Below are positions 1 to 8,961 of a stretch of DNA of 64,000 nt, piece by piece. Below the pieces are notes generated by a model. It made no database searches. It had not been told where the DNA came from and saw nothing but the letters and a program-made list of their open reading frames with translations. Origin of the DNA: Vulcanimicrobiota bacterium (GTDB taxonomy: Bacteria > Vulcanimicrobiota > Vulcanimicrobiia > Eremiobacterales > Eremiobacteraceae); the NCBI GenBank assembly GCA_963812135.1, contig CAWETU010000001.1:1856001-1920000 (forward strand), given 5' to 3'. Numbering within the stretch: the stretch's first letter is position 1; each line of letters opens with the position of its first letter. The translations under genes and the position numbers were made by a program.

Positions 1-1430
1 GCCTTGGCGACCGATGCGACGAGCGCGCCGTTGATGTAGAGCTTGCCGGTCGCGCCATCATAGGTGGACACGATGTAGTACGGCGTGTTCGGCTGCAGCC
101 CGGATGGGGATGGTACGATAAGCACGCCCGACGACAGGAAGAACTGTGCGGTGATGACGCCGTTGAACCCGAAATAGAGATCGTACGGCGCGTAGCCGCG
201 ATCGCTGCCATATGCCACCGGCACGGTGTACGCGGGTGGCGTCGCGTTGAATTTCAAGAACGTCTCGACGCTGACTTGCGGCGCTTGGAAGAGAGAATTC
301 GGCGCGACGGTGACGATGTTGGCGGCGGTGCGCAGCCCCGGGAACGACATCGCGGCATCCGAGCTCGTCGCGATAAGTCCGACGGCGTTCTTGATCACGT
401 TGGCGCCTGCGGTACCGTTGAGGTGGTCCGAGGAGCTGTCAAGCACCGTCGGGCCCGCATCGTCGAGGCGGTAATACGCGACGGGGCCGCTATTGAGCAC
501 CGCGTTGCTATAGGCGCTTGTCGAGGGCGGCGTTGGCGATGGTGACGGCGTTGGTGTCGGTGTGGGCGTTGGTGTCGGCGATGGCGTTGGCGACGGTCCC
601 GTGCCGGTCTGCGCGGCGTTGTAATGTGAGGTGACGTCCGCGGCGGTCAAGGTTTTCGCGTAGATGGCCACTTCGTCGATGGTGCCTGCGAAGCCGGGAT
701 CCGAGAAACTGGAATCGTCGCCGATCCCCAAGCCATACTTGTTGTCGTAGTTGGTCAGTGTTCCAGTCTTCGTGCCGGTCGCGACCTGCGCTCCGTTGAC
801 GTAGAGCCTGCCGGTCGTTCCGTCGTACGTCGAGACGATGTAGTATGACGTGTTCGGCTGCAAAGGAGTCGGATCGGTGACGATCAGCACGCCCGACGTC
901 AGGAAGAACTGCGCGTTGAGCGTGCCGTTCGTGTAGAAGTAGAGCGCGTAGGGAGAATAGTTATTGTCGTTGCCGTACGAGACAGGAACCGTCCACAGCG
1001 CCGGCGCCGAGGTGAACTTGAAGAAGCACTCGACGCTGAGCTGCGACCCGGCTTGAAAGAGCGGATTGGGCGGCACGATAACGCTGCCCGCAGCGGTCTT
1101 CGTACCGGGGAACGACATCGCGGTGTCTGGCGCGGTGGGGACGAGACCGGGGACGCTCTTGACGACGCTCGCGCCGATCGCCCCGTTCAGATGATTCGGA
1201 CCGCTGTCCAGCGCGGTCGAGCCGGTGTCGTCGAGGCGGTAGTACGCGATCGGACCGCTCGCGAGCACCGCATCGTGATACGCCGTCGTGACATCGAGTT
1301 TGTGAATGGTTCTCGGAGCGCTCGGTACGGCGGGCAGGAACGGCAAGCCGGAATGATGGCCGCAATTGGCGACCGACACGGCTGCCAAAGCGGCCGCGAC
1401 AAACATGAGCAGGCGACGTGAACGCTGCAC
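1..1430 (-). CDS. Secreted/lipoprotein with tandem LamG-like (ConA-like jellyroll) domains and a Pro/Thr linker; 3' end runs off the window
   Basis: Not in the ORF track; translated by hand from GTG 1430 (or ATG 1406): MFVAAALAAVSVANC... then two similar domains (SGPIAYYRLDD...TYDGTTGRLYVNG...GTIDEVAIY and SGPVAYYRLDD...) separated by PSPTPSPTPTPTPTP. Confidence 0.85.
   Translation of the reverse strand, partial: MQRSRRLLMFVAAALAAVSVANCGHHSGLPFLPAVPSAPRTIHKLDVTTAYHDAVLASGPIAYYRLDDTGSTALDSGPNHLNGAIGASVVKSVPGLVPTAPDTAMSFPGTKTAAGSVIVPPNPLFQAGSQLSVECFFKFTSAPALWTVPVSYGNDNNYSPYALYFYTNGTLNAQFFLTSGVLIVTDPTPLQPNTSYYIVSTYDGTTGRLYVNGAQVATGTKTGTLTNYDNKYGLGIGDDSSFSDPGFAGTIDEVAIYAKTLTAADVTSHYNAAQTGTGPSPTPSPTPTPTPTPTPSPSPTPPSTSAYSNAVLNSGPVAYYRLDDAGPTVLDSSSDHLNGTAGANVIKNAVGLIATSSDAAMSFPGLRTAANIVTVAPNSLFQAPQVSVETFLKFNATPPAYTVPVAYGSDRGYAPYDLYFGFNGVITAQFFLSSGVLIVPSPSGLQPNTPYYIVSTYDGATGKLYINGALVASVAK
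526..600 (-). repeat. Low-complexity coding repeat for the (PT/PS)n linker
   Basis: ggcgttggtgtc-type units encoding PSPTPSPTPTPTPTPTPSPSPTPP. Confidence 0.8.
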
Positions 1431-1538
1431 GGATTCAAGTGTAAATCACGCGGCGGCGCTGCGCTTGGTACCTTAGACCTATTGACGGTGAGCGACACCG
1501 CTCGAATTTATCCGCGGACTTTGGACCCGTAAAAGCGC

Positions 1539-2231
1539 TCAGTATTGTGGGCCGGCCATCACTTTGACGTCGAGGTGGCCGAAGTTGTCGTCGAATGCGC
1601 CAGGCGCTCCGTGGAAACCCTGACTGTCAGCGAAGCCGAGCACGAGCCGGTTCGCGCCTTGCGGGATGTGAAATTTCTGGAGCGTGCTGCCGTTGGTGAG
1701 CACTTTTCCAGTACCGATGTAAAACGTCTGATCGAGCATCGGATAGAGGTCTTGCTTGCCCGAATCATAGGTGACGTCGCGGCGTGCCGGGCCTGGCGCG
1801 CTCGGGCCTGGAGACCCGACGAATACGCCGACAAAGAACATCGTGCGTTTTTGATCGATGATCCCCGAAATGCCGCCCGACGACTGAATGTCGGTCACGC
1901 CGCCCGCGTTGATGCCGCCTTCGGGCCCATTGAACGTGCCGGGGGAGTTGCCGCAGCACGACACTTTGCCGAGCACGCTTGGGAACCACACCACCCCGTT
2001 ACGCATGTTGTTGAGCTGGAGGACGGTCGGCTTCTTGCCGCCGCCGTTCGCTTTGAGCCCGCCGACTCCGGCCGCGAACACGTTGCCTGCCGCATCGACG
2101 ACGACGGTGAAGTTCGCAACGCCTTTTTGATAGGCGTCGGCGCTGCGTGCGCGTTGGGCACTCGATGAGATGCAGACTATTGCGAAAGCAACCACGCCGA
2201 TGACTGCAAATGCGCGTCGGGGAAATCTCAT
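1539..2231 (-). CDS. Secreted hypothetical protein (Gly-rich, predicted beta-rich)
   Basis: Start moved to ATG 2231 (GGAGGAG RBS); signal peptide MRFPRRAFAVIGVVAFAIVCISSSA; C-terminal GANRLVLGFADS...DDNFG. Confidence 0.75.
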   Translation of the reverse strand: MRFPRRAFAVIGVVAFAIVCISSSAQRARSADAYQKGVANFTVVVDAAGNVFAAGVGGLKANGGGKKPTVLQLNNMRNGVVWFPSVLGKVSCCGNSPGTFNGPEGGINAGGVTDIQSSGGISGIIDQKRTMFFVGVFVGSPGPSAPGPARRDVTYDSGKQDLYPMLDQTFYIGTGKVLTNGSTLQKFHIPQGANRLVLGFADSQGFHGAPGAFDDNFGHLDVKVMAGPQY

Positions 2232-2253
2232 AGCTCCTCCATCGGGATCCCGG

Positions 2254-2288
2254 ACAAGAAAATGGGGCGCGTCCGAGGACGCGCCCCA
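2254..2288 (-). terminator. Intrinsic terminator / REP-like hairpin after the ABC operon
   Basis: 12-bp perfect inverted repeat tggggcgcgtcc/ggacgcgcccca followed by TTTTCTT on the minus strand. Confidence 0.65.
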
Positions 2289-2313
2289 ACATTCCACAGC
2301 CCGAGCGGGGCTC

Positions 2314-3531
2314 CTATTCGTGCCGCAACGCTTCGATCGGGTTGAGCAGCGAGGCGCGCCGTGCCGGATAGAATCCGAACAGAATCCCGATGAGCGCCGC
2401 GAAAGCGAAGGAGATCAGCACCGATTGCGGCGCGACGATCACGGTCCAGCCCGCCAACTTCGACGTGATGACCGACGCGGTCACCCCGAGCGCGACGCCG
2501 ATGAGGCCACCCACGCAAGCAAGCGTGACGGCTTCGACGAGGAACTGCATGAGCACGTCGCGGGTGCGCGCGCCGATCGACATGCGGATGCCGATCTCGC
2601 GGGTTCGTTCGGTCACCGAGACGAGCATGATGTTCATAATGCCGATGCCACCGACGATCAGCGATACCGCCGCCACGCCCGCGAGCAATAACGATTGGAT
2701 CTTGGCGGTCGCGCTGGCTGCCGCTTGGACGTCCGCGATGTTGCGCACGGAGAAATCATCCGGTTGACTCGGCGCGAGCCGGTGGTTGAGCCGCAGTAGA
2801 CCCTGTACGGAAGTGACGACACTTGCGACTGAATCCGGCGAGCTTGCCGAGATCACGATGGATGAAAGCCATTGGTTGCCGTTGATGCGCAGCTGCATCG
2901 AAGTAAGCGGCACGACGACTTGGTCATCCTGATCGCGCCCAAATCCGCTCTGACCTTTGGCCGCCAGCACGCCGATGACGGTGAAGGGCGCGCCCTTGAT
3001 GGTGACCGTGCTGCCGACCGCATCCCCCGCTGGGAAGAGGTTCTGCGCGACCGTGTTGCCGAGCACTACGGATTTCGACGCGTTCTTCATGTCGTCATTG
3101 GTAAAGAAATGACCCTGTGCGACCGTCCAGTTCTGGACCTGCAGCCACGCCGGCGTGGTACCTAGGATCGACGTTGCCCAGTTGTTGCCGGCGGCGACCA
3201 CCTGTCCATTGTCGTTGGACTGCGGTGCGACGCCCGCGATGCCCGGAATCTCGTTCGCGATCGCCGTGGCATCCTGGGGTTTTAGCGACGTGCGTGCTCC
3301 TGCGCCGAGGTTGACGCCGCCCGTGATGACGCTGCCCGGAACCACGATGATGAGGTTGCTGCCAAGGCGAGCGAGCTGCGCGGCGACCGCGGCGCTCGCG
3401 CCAGCGCCGATCGCCATCGACGTGATCACGGCCCCGACACCGATGATGATGCCGAGCATCGTGAGCAGCGAGCGAAACGCGTTGCGCACGAGTGCCTGCC
3501 ACGCGACGCGGAAGAGAGCGTTGATATTCAT
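2314..3531 (-). CDS. MacB/FtsX-family ABC transporter permease
   Basis: RSLLTMLGIIIGV and GGIGIMNIMLVSVTERTREIGIRM motifs; ATG 3531 overlaps the upstream stop (ATGA). Confidence 0.93.
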   Translation of the reverse strand: MNINALFRVAWQALVRNAFRSLLTMLGIIIGVGAVITSMAIGAGASAAVAAQLARLGSNLIIVVPGSVITGGVNLGAGARTSLKPQDATAIANEIPGIAGVAPQSNDNGQVVAAGNNWATSILGTTPAWLQVQNWTVAQGHFFTNDDMKNASKSVVLGNTVAQNLFPAGDAVGSTVTIKGAPFTVIGVLAAKGQSGFGRDQDDQVVVPLTSMQLRINGNQWLSSIVISASSPDSVASVVTSVQGLLRLNHRLAPSQPDDFSVRNIADVQAAASATAKIQSLLLAGVAAVSLIVGGIGIMNIMLVSVTERTREIGIRMSIGARTRDVLMQFLVEAVTLACVGGLIGVALGVTASVITSKLAGWTVIVAPQSVLISFAFAALIGILFGFYPARRASLLNPIEALRHE

Positions 3532-4265
3532 GCCGTCACCTTCGTGGGAGCCACGGTCGGCCGATCCTCGATGACCACGCCGTCGCGAAAAACGACCGTC
3601 CGCCGTGTCCACGTCGCGACATCGGGCTCGTGCGTCACCATCACGATAGTGATACCCCGATCATCATTGAGGCCGCGGAACACCGAGAGGATGTCTTTCG
3701 TGCTGCGGCTATCGAGGTTGCCCGTCGGCTCGTCAGCCAGGATCAGCGATGGTTCGTTCACAAGGGCGCGTGCGATCGCAACGCGTTGCTGCTGACCGCC
3801 CGAGAGCTCGTTTGGATTGTGATCCGCGCGGTCGGCCAATCCGACCATCTCGAGCGCCCGGCGCGCGCGCTCGTGCCGCTCCTCCGTGCTCACTCCCGCG
3901 TAGAGCAGCGGCAGCTCGACGTTCTCCAGCGCGGATGTGCGCGAAAGCAGATTGAAACCTTGGAAGACGAAGCCGAGCCGCTTGTTCCGGATGGCGGCAA
4001 GTTGATCGCTCGACATGCGCGAGACGTTTTCGCCCTCGAGATAGTAGTCGCCTGACGTCGGCCGGTCAAGGCAGCCGATCAGGTTCATGAAGGTGGACTT
4101 GCCCGATCCTGACGCGCCCATGATGGCGACGAACTCGCCGCGCTCCACGCGCAGCGTCACGCCGTTGACCGCGGCGACGTCGATCTCGCCGAGATGGTAG
4201 ATCTTGTGCAGGTCGCGGACGTCGATAACCGGCACCGCGGCGCCGGATGCGGTGAGTTGGCTCAC
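3528..4265 (-). CDS. ABC transporter ATP-binding protein (MacB/LolD-like)
   Basis: Walker A GASGSGKST, signature LSGGQQQRVAIARAL, ADEPTGNLD. Confidence 0.95.
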   Translation of the reverse strand: MSQLTASGAAVPVIDVRDLHKIYHLGEIDVAAVNGVTLRVERGEFVAIMGASGSGKSTFMNLIGCLDRPTSGDYYLEGENVSRMSSDQLAAIRNKRLGFVFQGFNLLSRTSALENVELPLLYAGVSTEERHERARRALEMVGLADRADHNPNELSGGQQQRVAIARALVNEPSLILADEPTGNLDSRSTKDILSVFRGLNDDRGITIVMVTHEPDVATWTRRTVVFRDGVVIEDRPTVAPTKVTA

Positions 4266-5638
4266 CGGCCACCTGCCAGCGGATTGGTCGTGCTGCCGGA
4301 CCGTGCCTGGAGCTGGCCCGTGATCACGCGGTCGCCTTCTTTGAGGTTTCCGCTTCGGATCTCGAAGTTCTGGCCGTCAGACATCCCTATGACGATCTGT
4401 ACGGGCTGCGGTCTCTTGTTCGCGCCCAACGTCCACACCACCGCACGCGAGCCGGGCGCGCCGGCCAGCGGCGGCGGGGTTGATGAGGTCGACGCCACCG
4501 CAAAGCCTCCCGCGCCGCCTGGGCCGGCCGGCGCGCTGCTCGGCGAGGCCGAACTGACGCGCGGCTTGTACAGCAACGCTGCGGTCGGCACGGCGAGCAC
4601 GTTGTTGCGCGTGGAGACGGCGATCGTCACGTTTGCGGTCATGCCGGGTTTGAGACGCGCGGAAGCGTCATGGATGGCGACCACGGCGTCGTACGTGACG
4701 ACATTGGCAATGGTCGTCGGGTTGACGCGGACCTGCGCGACCGTGCCTTTAAAACTCGTGTTCGGATATGCAGGTACCGTGATGATCGCGCTCTGGCCCT
4801 TGCGCAGCTGGCCGACGTCCGCCTCATCGACCGATACGTCGACTTGCATGTCCTTGAGCGTCGAGGCGATGACGAAGAGCGTCGGCGTTTGGAACGAGGC
4901 GGCGACGGTTTGCCCGATGCTCACTCCGCGGGAAACCACGATGCCGTCGATCGGGCTCGTGATCGTGGCGCGAGTGAGGTTATACGTGCTTTGCTGCAGC
5001 CCCGCCTCCGCGGATCCGACCTGGGCCTGCGACGCGGCCGATTGATGTTGCGACGCATTCGTCTGCGCTTTCGCCTCGTTGACAGCCATGGCGGCGGCAT
5101 CGACGTCAGCCTGCGCGGCTTGCACGGCCGAGGCATCGGTGTCTAACTGGCTTTGCGCGATGTAACCTTGCGCGAAGAGCGTGTGATCGCGCCCCACGGT
5201 CGTCTGCGCCAAGTTCAGCGCTGCTTGCGCCTTCGCATAGTTCGCCTGCGCGCTGGCAACCGAGGCCTGCATCTGCGCGATCGTCGCCTGGGATGCCGAT
5301 GCATTGGCCTGCGCTTGGCTCACTGCGGCCTGTGACTGCAACTCGGATGCCTGAAATGTGGTCGGGTCGATCGTGGCCAGGACCTGGCCTTTGTGCACGA
5401 TCGAATTATAATCCACGTAGAGGTTGTTGATCGTGCCCGAAACCTGCGTGCCCACCTGCACCTCGTTAACCGGGTTGACGGTTCCGGTCTCGATGATGGT
5501 CGCATCGATGTTGGTACGCGTGACCGGCGCGGTGATGTAGCGTGGCGTCGCGCGCTGCGAGGTGAGCGCTCGGATGCCGAAAAATGCGCCGAGCACCACG
5601 ACGATGACGACGATCGCGATGATGATTATTCGTTTCAT
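4262..5638 (-). CDS. MacA-like periplasmic adaptor (membrane fusion protein)
   Basis: N-terminal TM, VGTQVSGTI, coiled-coil hairpin, ITSPIDGIVVSR, GQTVAASFQTPTLF, LKPGMTANV. Confidence 0.92.
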   Translation of the reverse strand: MKRIIIIAIVVIVVVLGAFFGIRALTSQRATPRYITAPVTRTNIDATIIETGTVNPVNEVQVGTQVSGTINNLYVDYNSIVHKGQVLATIDPTTFQASELQSQAAVSQAQANASASQATIAQMQASVASAQANYAKAQAALNLAQTTVGRDHTLFAQGYIAQSQLDTDASAVQAAQADVDAAAMAVNEAKAQTNASQHQSAASQAQVGSAEAGLQQSTYNLTRATITSPIDGIVVSRGVSIGQTVAASFQTPTLFVIASTLKDMQVDVSVDEADVGQLRKGQSAIITVPAYPNTSFKGTVAQVRVNPTTIANVVTYDAVVAIHDASARLKPGMTANVTIAVSTRNNVLAVPTAALLYKPRVSSASPSSAPAGPGGAGGFAVASTSSTPPPLAGAPGSRAVVWTLGANKRPQPVQIVIGMSDGQNFEIRSGNLKEGDRVITGQLQARSGSTTNPLAGGR

Positions 5639-6120
5639 GAAACCTTTTGTACCTCAGTGTTGTCGACAGCGTCGAGGCGGCGTAGGCCATCGAGGAGCTT
5701 GGTCCGCTCGGCTACAGTCATGCGGCGCAACGCCGCTGAGAGCAGACCCGGATCGAGCGCTGGGCGCAACGCCGCTAACGTGCGCTCTCCCGCGGGCGTC
5801 AGTTCGATTTCGGTTCGGCTGCGGCCGATCACCCGGTAGCGCCGGCGCAACAGGCCTTTGCGTTCCAGGCCGGAGAGCACGATCGAGGCCGTGCTCGTCG
5901 TGACCAACATCTCCCGCGCGACGTTTCCCACAGTGGCTTGCGGCAACGCTGACACCGCGCGCAGCAGCATGGCGCCACGGACCGTGATGTCCGAGCCGCT
6001 CATGCGCCGCGCGTATCGAGATCGATACTTCTTATAGATGCGCGGCAGCAGCCGGCTGATCTCGCCGATCGGGTCTTGCTGTTCTGCCGTGCGCTTGCTT
6101 GTCATGGTCACACTCATCAT
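5635..6120 (-). CDS. MarR-family transcriptional regulator (start uncertain, 6105-6120)
   Basis: wHTH segment TVGNVAREMLVTTSTASIVLSGLERKGLL...ELTPAGE; coupled to the adaptor gene. Confidence 0.8.
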   Translation of the reverse strand: MMSVTMTSKRTAEQQDPIGEISRLLPRIYKKYRSRYARRMSGSDITVRGAMLLRAVSALPQATVGNVAREMLVTTSTASIVLSGLERKGLLRRRYRVIGRSRTEIELTPAGERTLAALRPALDPGLLSAALRRMTVAERTKLLDGLRRLDAVDNTEVQKVS

Positions 6121-6259
6121 ACGTGTTACCCATGCGAGAACGTTGAGACCGTTGATTAAAAGTGCGCTTGAATCAAACATAGAAAAGCCGGGGAATGCGA
6201 AGTCCCGGCCTCAAGACCGGGACTGCTGGCCTTTTGGGCCTTGGAAGCGCTTCTTGACC

Positions 6260-7648
6260 TTAAACGCGGGACGCGGCGGCGATCGCCGCGCGCACCATTT
6301 CGTTCTGTTCTTTCGGATCTTTCCAGCGCGCTTGGGCGGCCGGCGCCAGCTGGTCGATCGGATCGAAGTACAAGAACCACTGGCCAGGCTTCACGCTGGG
6401 TGCGCTGTATACTGCGATGCCGTTCTCCCGGTCGTAGTGGTCGTAGCTGTGCAGGTCGCGCTTGCCGCCACCGCCGGGCGCGTCGCACAAGAAGGTCGGC
6501 GTATTGAAGCCGGCCGTGGTGCCGCGCACGAATTTTTCGATGTCCACAGCGGTCTGGATGGTCGTGCGCAGGTCTTCGACGCCCTTGACCATGTCGTGCA
6601 TATAGACGTAGTACGCATGCACGTTCATGTAGCCGAGCTGCTTGATGAGCTTGCGCATGGTGTGCTTGTCGTCGTTGACGCCGCGGATCAGCACCGACTG
6701 GTTGCGCACCATGATGCCGCGCTCGAACAGCACCTGCATCGCCTGCTGCGTGATGTAGCTGATCTCGTTCGGGCTATTGAAATGCGTGTGGAGCATGACG
6801 TCTTTGCCGAGCTTGCGCCCTTGCTCGACGATCGACGTCAGCGCGTCGGTCCAGGCGGCGTCGGTCAGGATCTTCATGGGCATGACCGCCGGGCCTTTGG
6901 TGGCAAAACGCATGCGCCGGACATTGGGGATGGCGAGCAGCGCCTCGCCGATCTTCTTGAGGCTCTTGGCGGGCAGCTGGTACGCGTCGCCGCCCGATAC
7001 GACGATATCTTGGAGCTCCGGACGCGACGCGATGTATTCAAAAGCCTGTTCCCACAGTTTCGGATCGGTCGCGAGCTGCGCTTTCTCGACCGTGTCCGTG
7101 TCGCCGCCGATCGCGTACGAACGCGTGCAGAAACGGCAGTAAACGGGGCAGGTGTTGAGCGGTAAGAAGAGCGCTTTGTCGACGTAGCGGTGCGTGAGGC
7201 CCTGCACCGGCGAATCCTCGAGCTCGTGCAGCGAGTCGAGGCTCAAGCGCGGGTGGTCGGGCAACAGGCGTGACGCCAAGGGCAAGAACTGCGTGCGGAC
7301 TGGATCTTTGTACGGGTTCTTCCAATCGATCGAGGCGATCATGTACGGCGAGATGCGCACGGCCATCGGCGCGCGATGGAACCCCTGACGAACGTCTTCG
7401 AAGAATTCGGGTTCGACCAGATCTTGGATCGTCGCCATCAGCTCGTCGGGCGATTTCACCGAGTTCTTGCTCTGCCACAGCCAGTCCATGAACGTCTTCT
7501 CATCGACGTCTTTATAGGCGGGGATGTCGCGCCAGAAGTCGCCCTGGCGGAACTGCATGTGTTCGAACGCTTCGGGTCCGGCGGGCGGTTTCAACGCGTG
7601 AATGGTCGCCGCAGGCGCCTGCGTCACGGTGATGTCGGTCTTTGCCAT
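6260..7648 (-). CDS. KamA-family radical SAM aminomutase (lysine/arginine 2,3-aminomutase-like)
   Basis: CPVYCRFC cluster motif, GLTHRY, VVSGGD, NQSVLIRGVND, PLP-Lys motif DAPGGGGK. Confidence 0.9.
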   Translation of the reverse strand: MAKTDITVTQAPAATIHALKPPAGPEAFEHMQFRQGDFWRDIPAYKDVDEKTFMDWLWQSKNSVKSPDELMATIQDLVEPEFFEDVRQGFHRAPMAVRISPYMIASIDWKNPYKDPVRTQFLPLASRLLPDHPRLSLDSLHELEDSPVQGLTHRYVDKALFLPLNTCPVYCRFCTRSYAIGGDTDTVEKAQLATDPKLWEQAFEYIASRPELQDIVVSGGDAYQLPAKSLKKIGEALLAIPNVRRMRFATKGPAVMPMKILTDAAWTDALTSIVEQGRKLGKDVMLHTHFNSPNEISYITQQAMQVLFERGIMVRNQSVLIRGVNDDKHTMRKLIKQLGYMNVHAYYVYMHDMVKGVEDLRTTIQTAVDIEKFVRGTTAGFNTPTFLCDAPGGGGKRDLHSYDHYDRENGIAVYSAPSVKPGQWFLYFDPIDQLAPAAQARWKDPKEQNEMVRAAIAAASRV

Positions 7649-7659
7649 GGAACTCCTTA

Positions 7660-8166
7660 TCAGCTCACGCGCTGCAGCCGGCGCATCGGTTGCGCCTGCG
7701 CGCTGCCAAGCGCGATGCCGCCGCGTTCGAACGGCGTCGAGAGCACGATCATCGTCTTGCTGCGCACGAGGCCTTTGATCTGCTTGAGACGGCTTAAAAA
7801 ATCGTCGAGATGCGCGGTCGAGCGCGTCATCACTTTGAGGAAATACGTCTCCTCGCCGGCGACGCTGTGGACCTCGCAGACCTCCGGCAGCTGCTTGACG
7901 GCGTCGTTGAATTCGTCGTAGCCGGTGTCAGCCGACGTGTAGCAACTGACGAATGCGGTCAAGCTCAAACCCAAGCGCTGCCCATCGAGCTGGGCCGAGT
8001 AGCGGCGCACGTAGCCACGCGCTTCGAGGCGCTTGACGCGATCGTGCACCGACGACGCCTTGAGCCCCACGATGTCGCCGAGCTCGGCAAACGTCGACCG
8101 GGCATTGCTCTGCAACGCCTCCAGCAGCTTCAGGTCTAATGCGTCTATTTCAGGATTTTCTATCAT
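7660..8166 (-). CDS. Lrp/AsnC-family transcriptional regulator
   Basis: DALDLKLLEALQSNAR...SVHDRVKRLE HTH; RAM domain PEVCEVHSVAGE. Confidence 0.92.
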   Translation of the reverse strand: MIENPEIDALDLKLLEALQSNARSTFAELGDIVGLKASSVHDRVKRLEARGYVRRYSAQLDGQRLGLSLTAFVSCYTSADTGYDEFNDAVKQLPEVCEVHSVAGEETYFLKVMTRSTAHLDDFLSRLKQIKGLVRSKTMIVLSTPFERGGIALGSAQAQPMRRLQRVS

Positions 8167-8294
8167 ATAAGTGGCCTACATAGCGAAATATATTAGGTAA
8201 ATGTACTGTAACACAGAACAAATACCCTGTAAACACGTAAGAGTGGGACGGTGCCAAAAGGCCCGTGAGCGGCATCTCAAGCGGACGTTGAATC

Positions 8295-8369
8295 TGGAGC
8301 CGGCGGAGGGACTTGAACCCCCGACCCGCGGTTTACAAAACCGCTGCTCTACCTCTGAGCTACGCCGGC
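8295..8369 (-). tRNA. tRNA-Thr (anticodon UGU)
   Basis: GCCGGCG acceptor stem, TAGCTCAG D arm, anticodon arm GCGGT-TTTGTAA-ACCGC, GGTTCAAGTCC T arm, encoded CCA; 75 nt. Confidence 0.97.
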
Positions 8370-8428
8370 TGATGGTGGAAGGGTTCTCTCGCCAAACGCC
8401 CGCAACCTGGACGCGGGAGTTTGCGCGT

Positions 8429-8950
8429 TTGGACATCATTCAGGTCGCGTCGCTGGTCATCGCACTAGCAACTGTCGTCTTCACGACGTACATGCTGTCT
8501 CGGCAAGTGCGTCAGATGGAACACGAGCGCAATGCGCTCGCGATCCTTGACGCGACCGACCGTTTGACGTCATCGGAAGTCGTCAACGTCTTCCTGCAGC
8601 TGCGCGACGTCGACAAGCGCTATCCGACCGACAAGGACATCAGAGAGAGGTTCTTCGGATCGCCCGACGAGCACGCGCTCAATCAGGTGGGTCAATTCGT
8701 CGAGACGATCGCCTGCCTTGCGCGGCGCGAAGTGCTCGACGTGACGCTTATCGTGGACGCGGTCGGCTTTATGCTGCGCGAGCGCTGGGCCACGATCAAG
8801 CCGTTCGTGATGCATTGGCGCACGTACAACAACAACGAGTTCCTGTTCGAAAACTTCGAGTGGCTGGCCAACTACAGCGCCTGGTGGAGAGACATCCCGC
8901 GGCCAAGAGCGCCGAACTACGATCCGAAGCAATTCGCGGCGACTCGTTGA
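8429..8950 (+). CDS. Membrane-anchored hypothetical protein, DUF4760-like paralog 1
   Basis: Start moved to TTG 8429 because the longer ORF overlaps the tRNA; N-terminal TM then RQVRQ; ENFEWLA motif shared with four other genes here. Confidence 0.75.
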   Translation: MDIIQVASLVIALATVVFTTYMLSRQVRQMEHERNALAILDATDRLTSSEVVNVFLQLRDVDKRYPTDKDIRERFFGSPDEHALNQVGQFVETIACLARREVLDVTLIVDAVGFMLRERWATIKPFVMHWRTYNNNEFLFENFEWLANYSAWWRDIPRPRAPNYDPKQFAATR

Positions 8951-8961
8951 CCGGAGGTATC

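Noticed and set aside
6201..6224. Terminator after the kamA-like gene (agtcccgg/ccgggact)
   Set aside because: 8-bp stem without an adjacent U-tract; may be a degenerate REP, too weak to call.
6260..7648. EF-P beta-lysylation enzyme EpmB
   Set aside because: Protein is longer (462 aa) than typical EpmB and no efp/epmA is adjacent.
1..8295. Genomic island integrated at the tRNA-Thr 3' end
   Set aside because: No integrase, no duplicated tRNA 3' end noticed, and no evident compositional shift in the window.
8201..8428. N-terminal extension of ORF 8201..8950 and antisense ORF 8176..8439
   Set aside because: Both overlap the tRNA-Thr gene; similarity to the paralog family starts only at about 8429.
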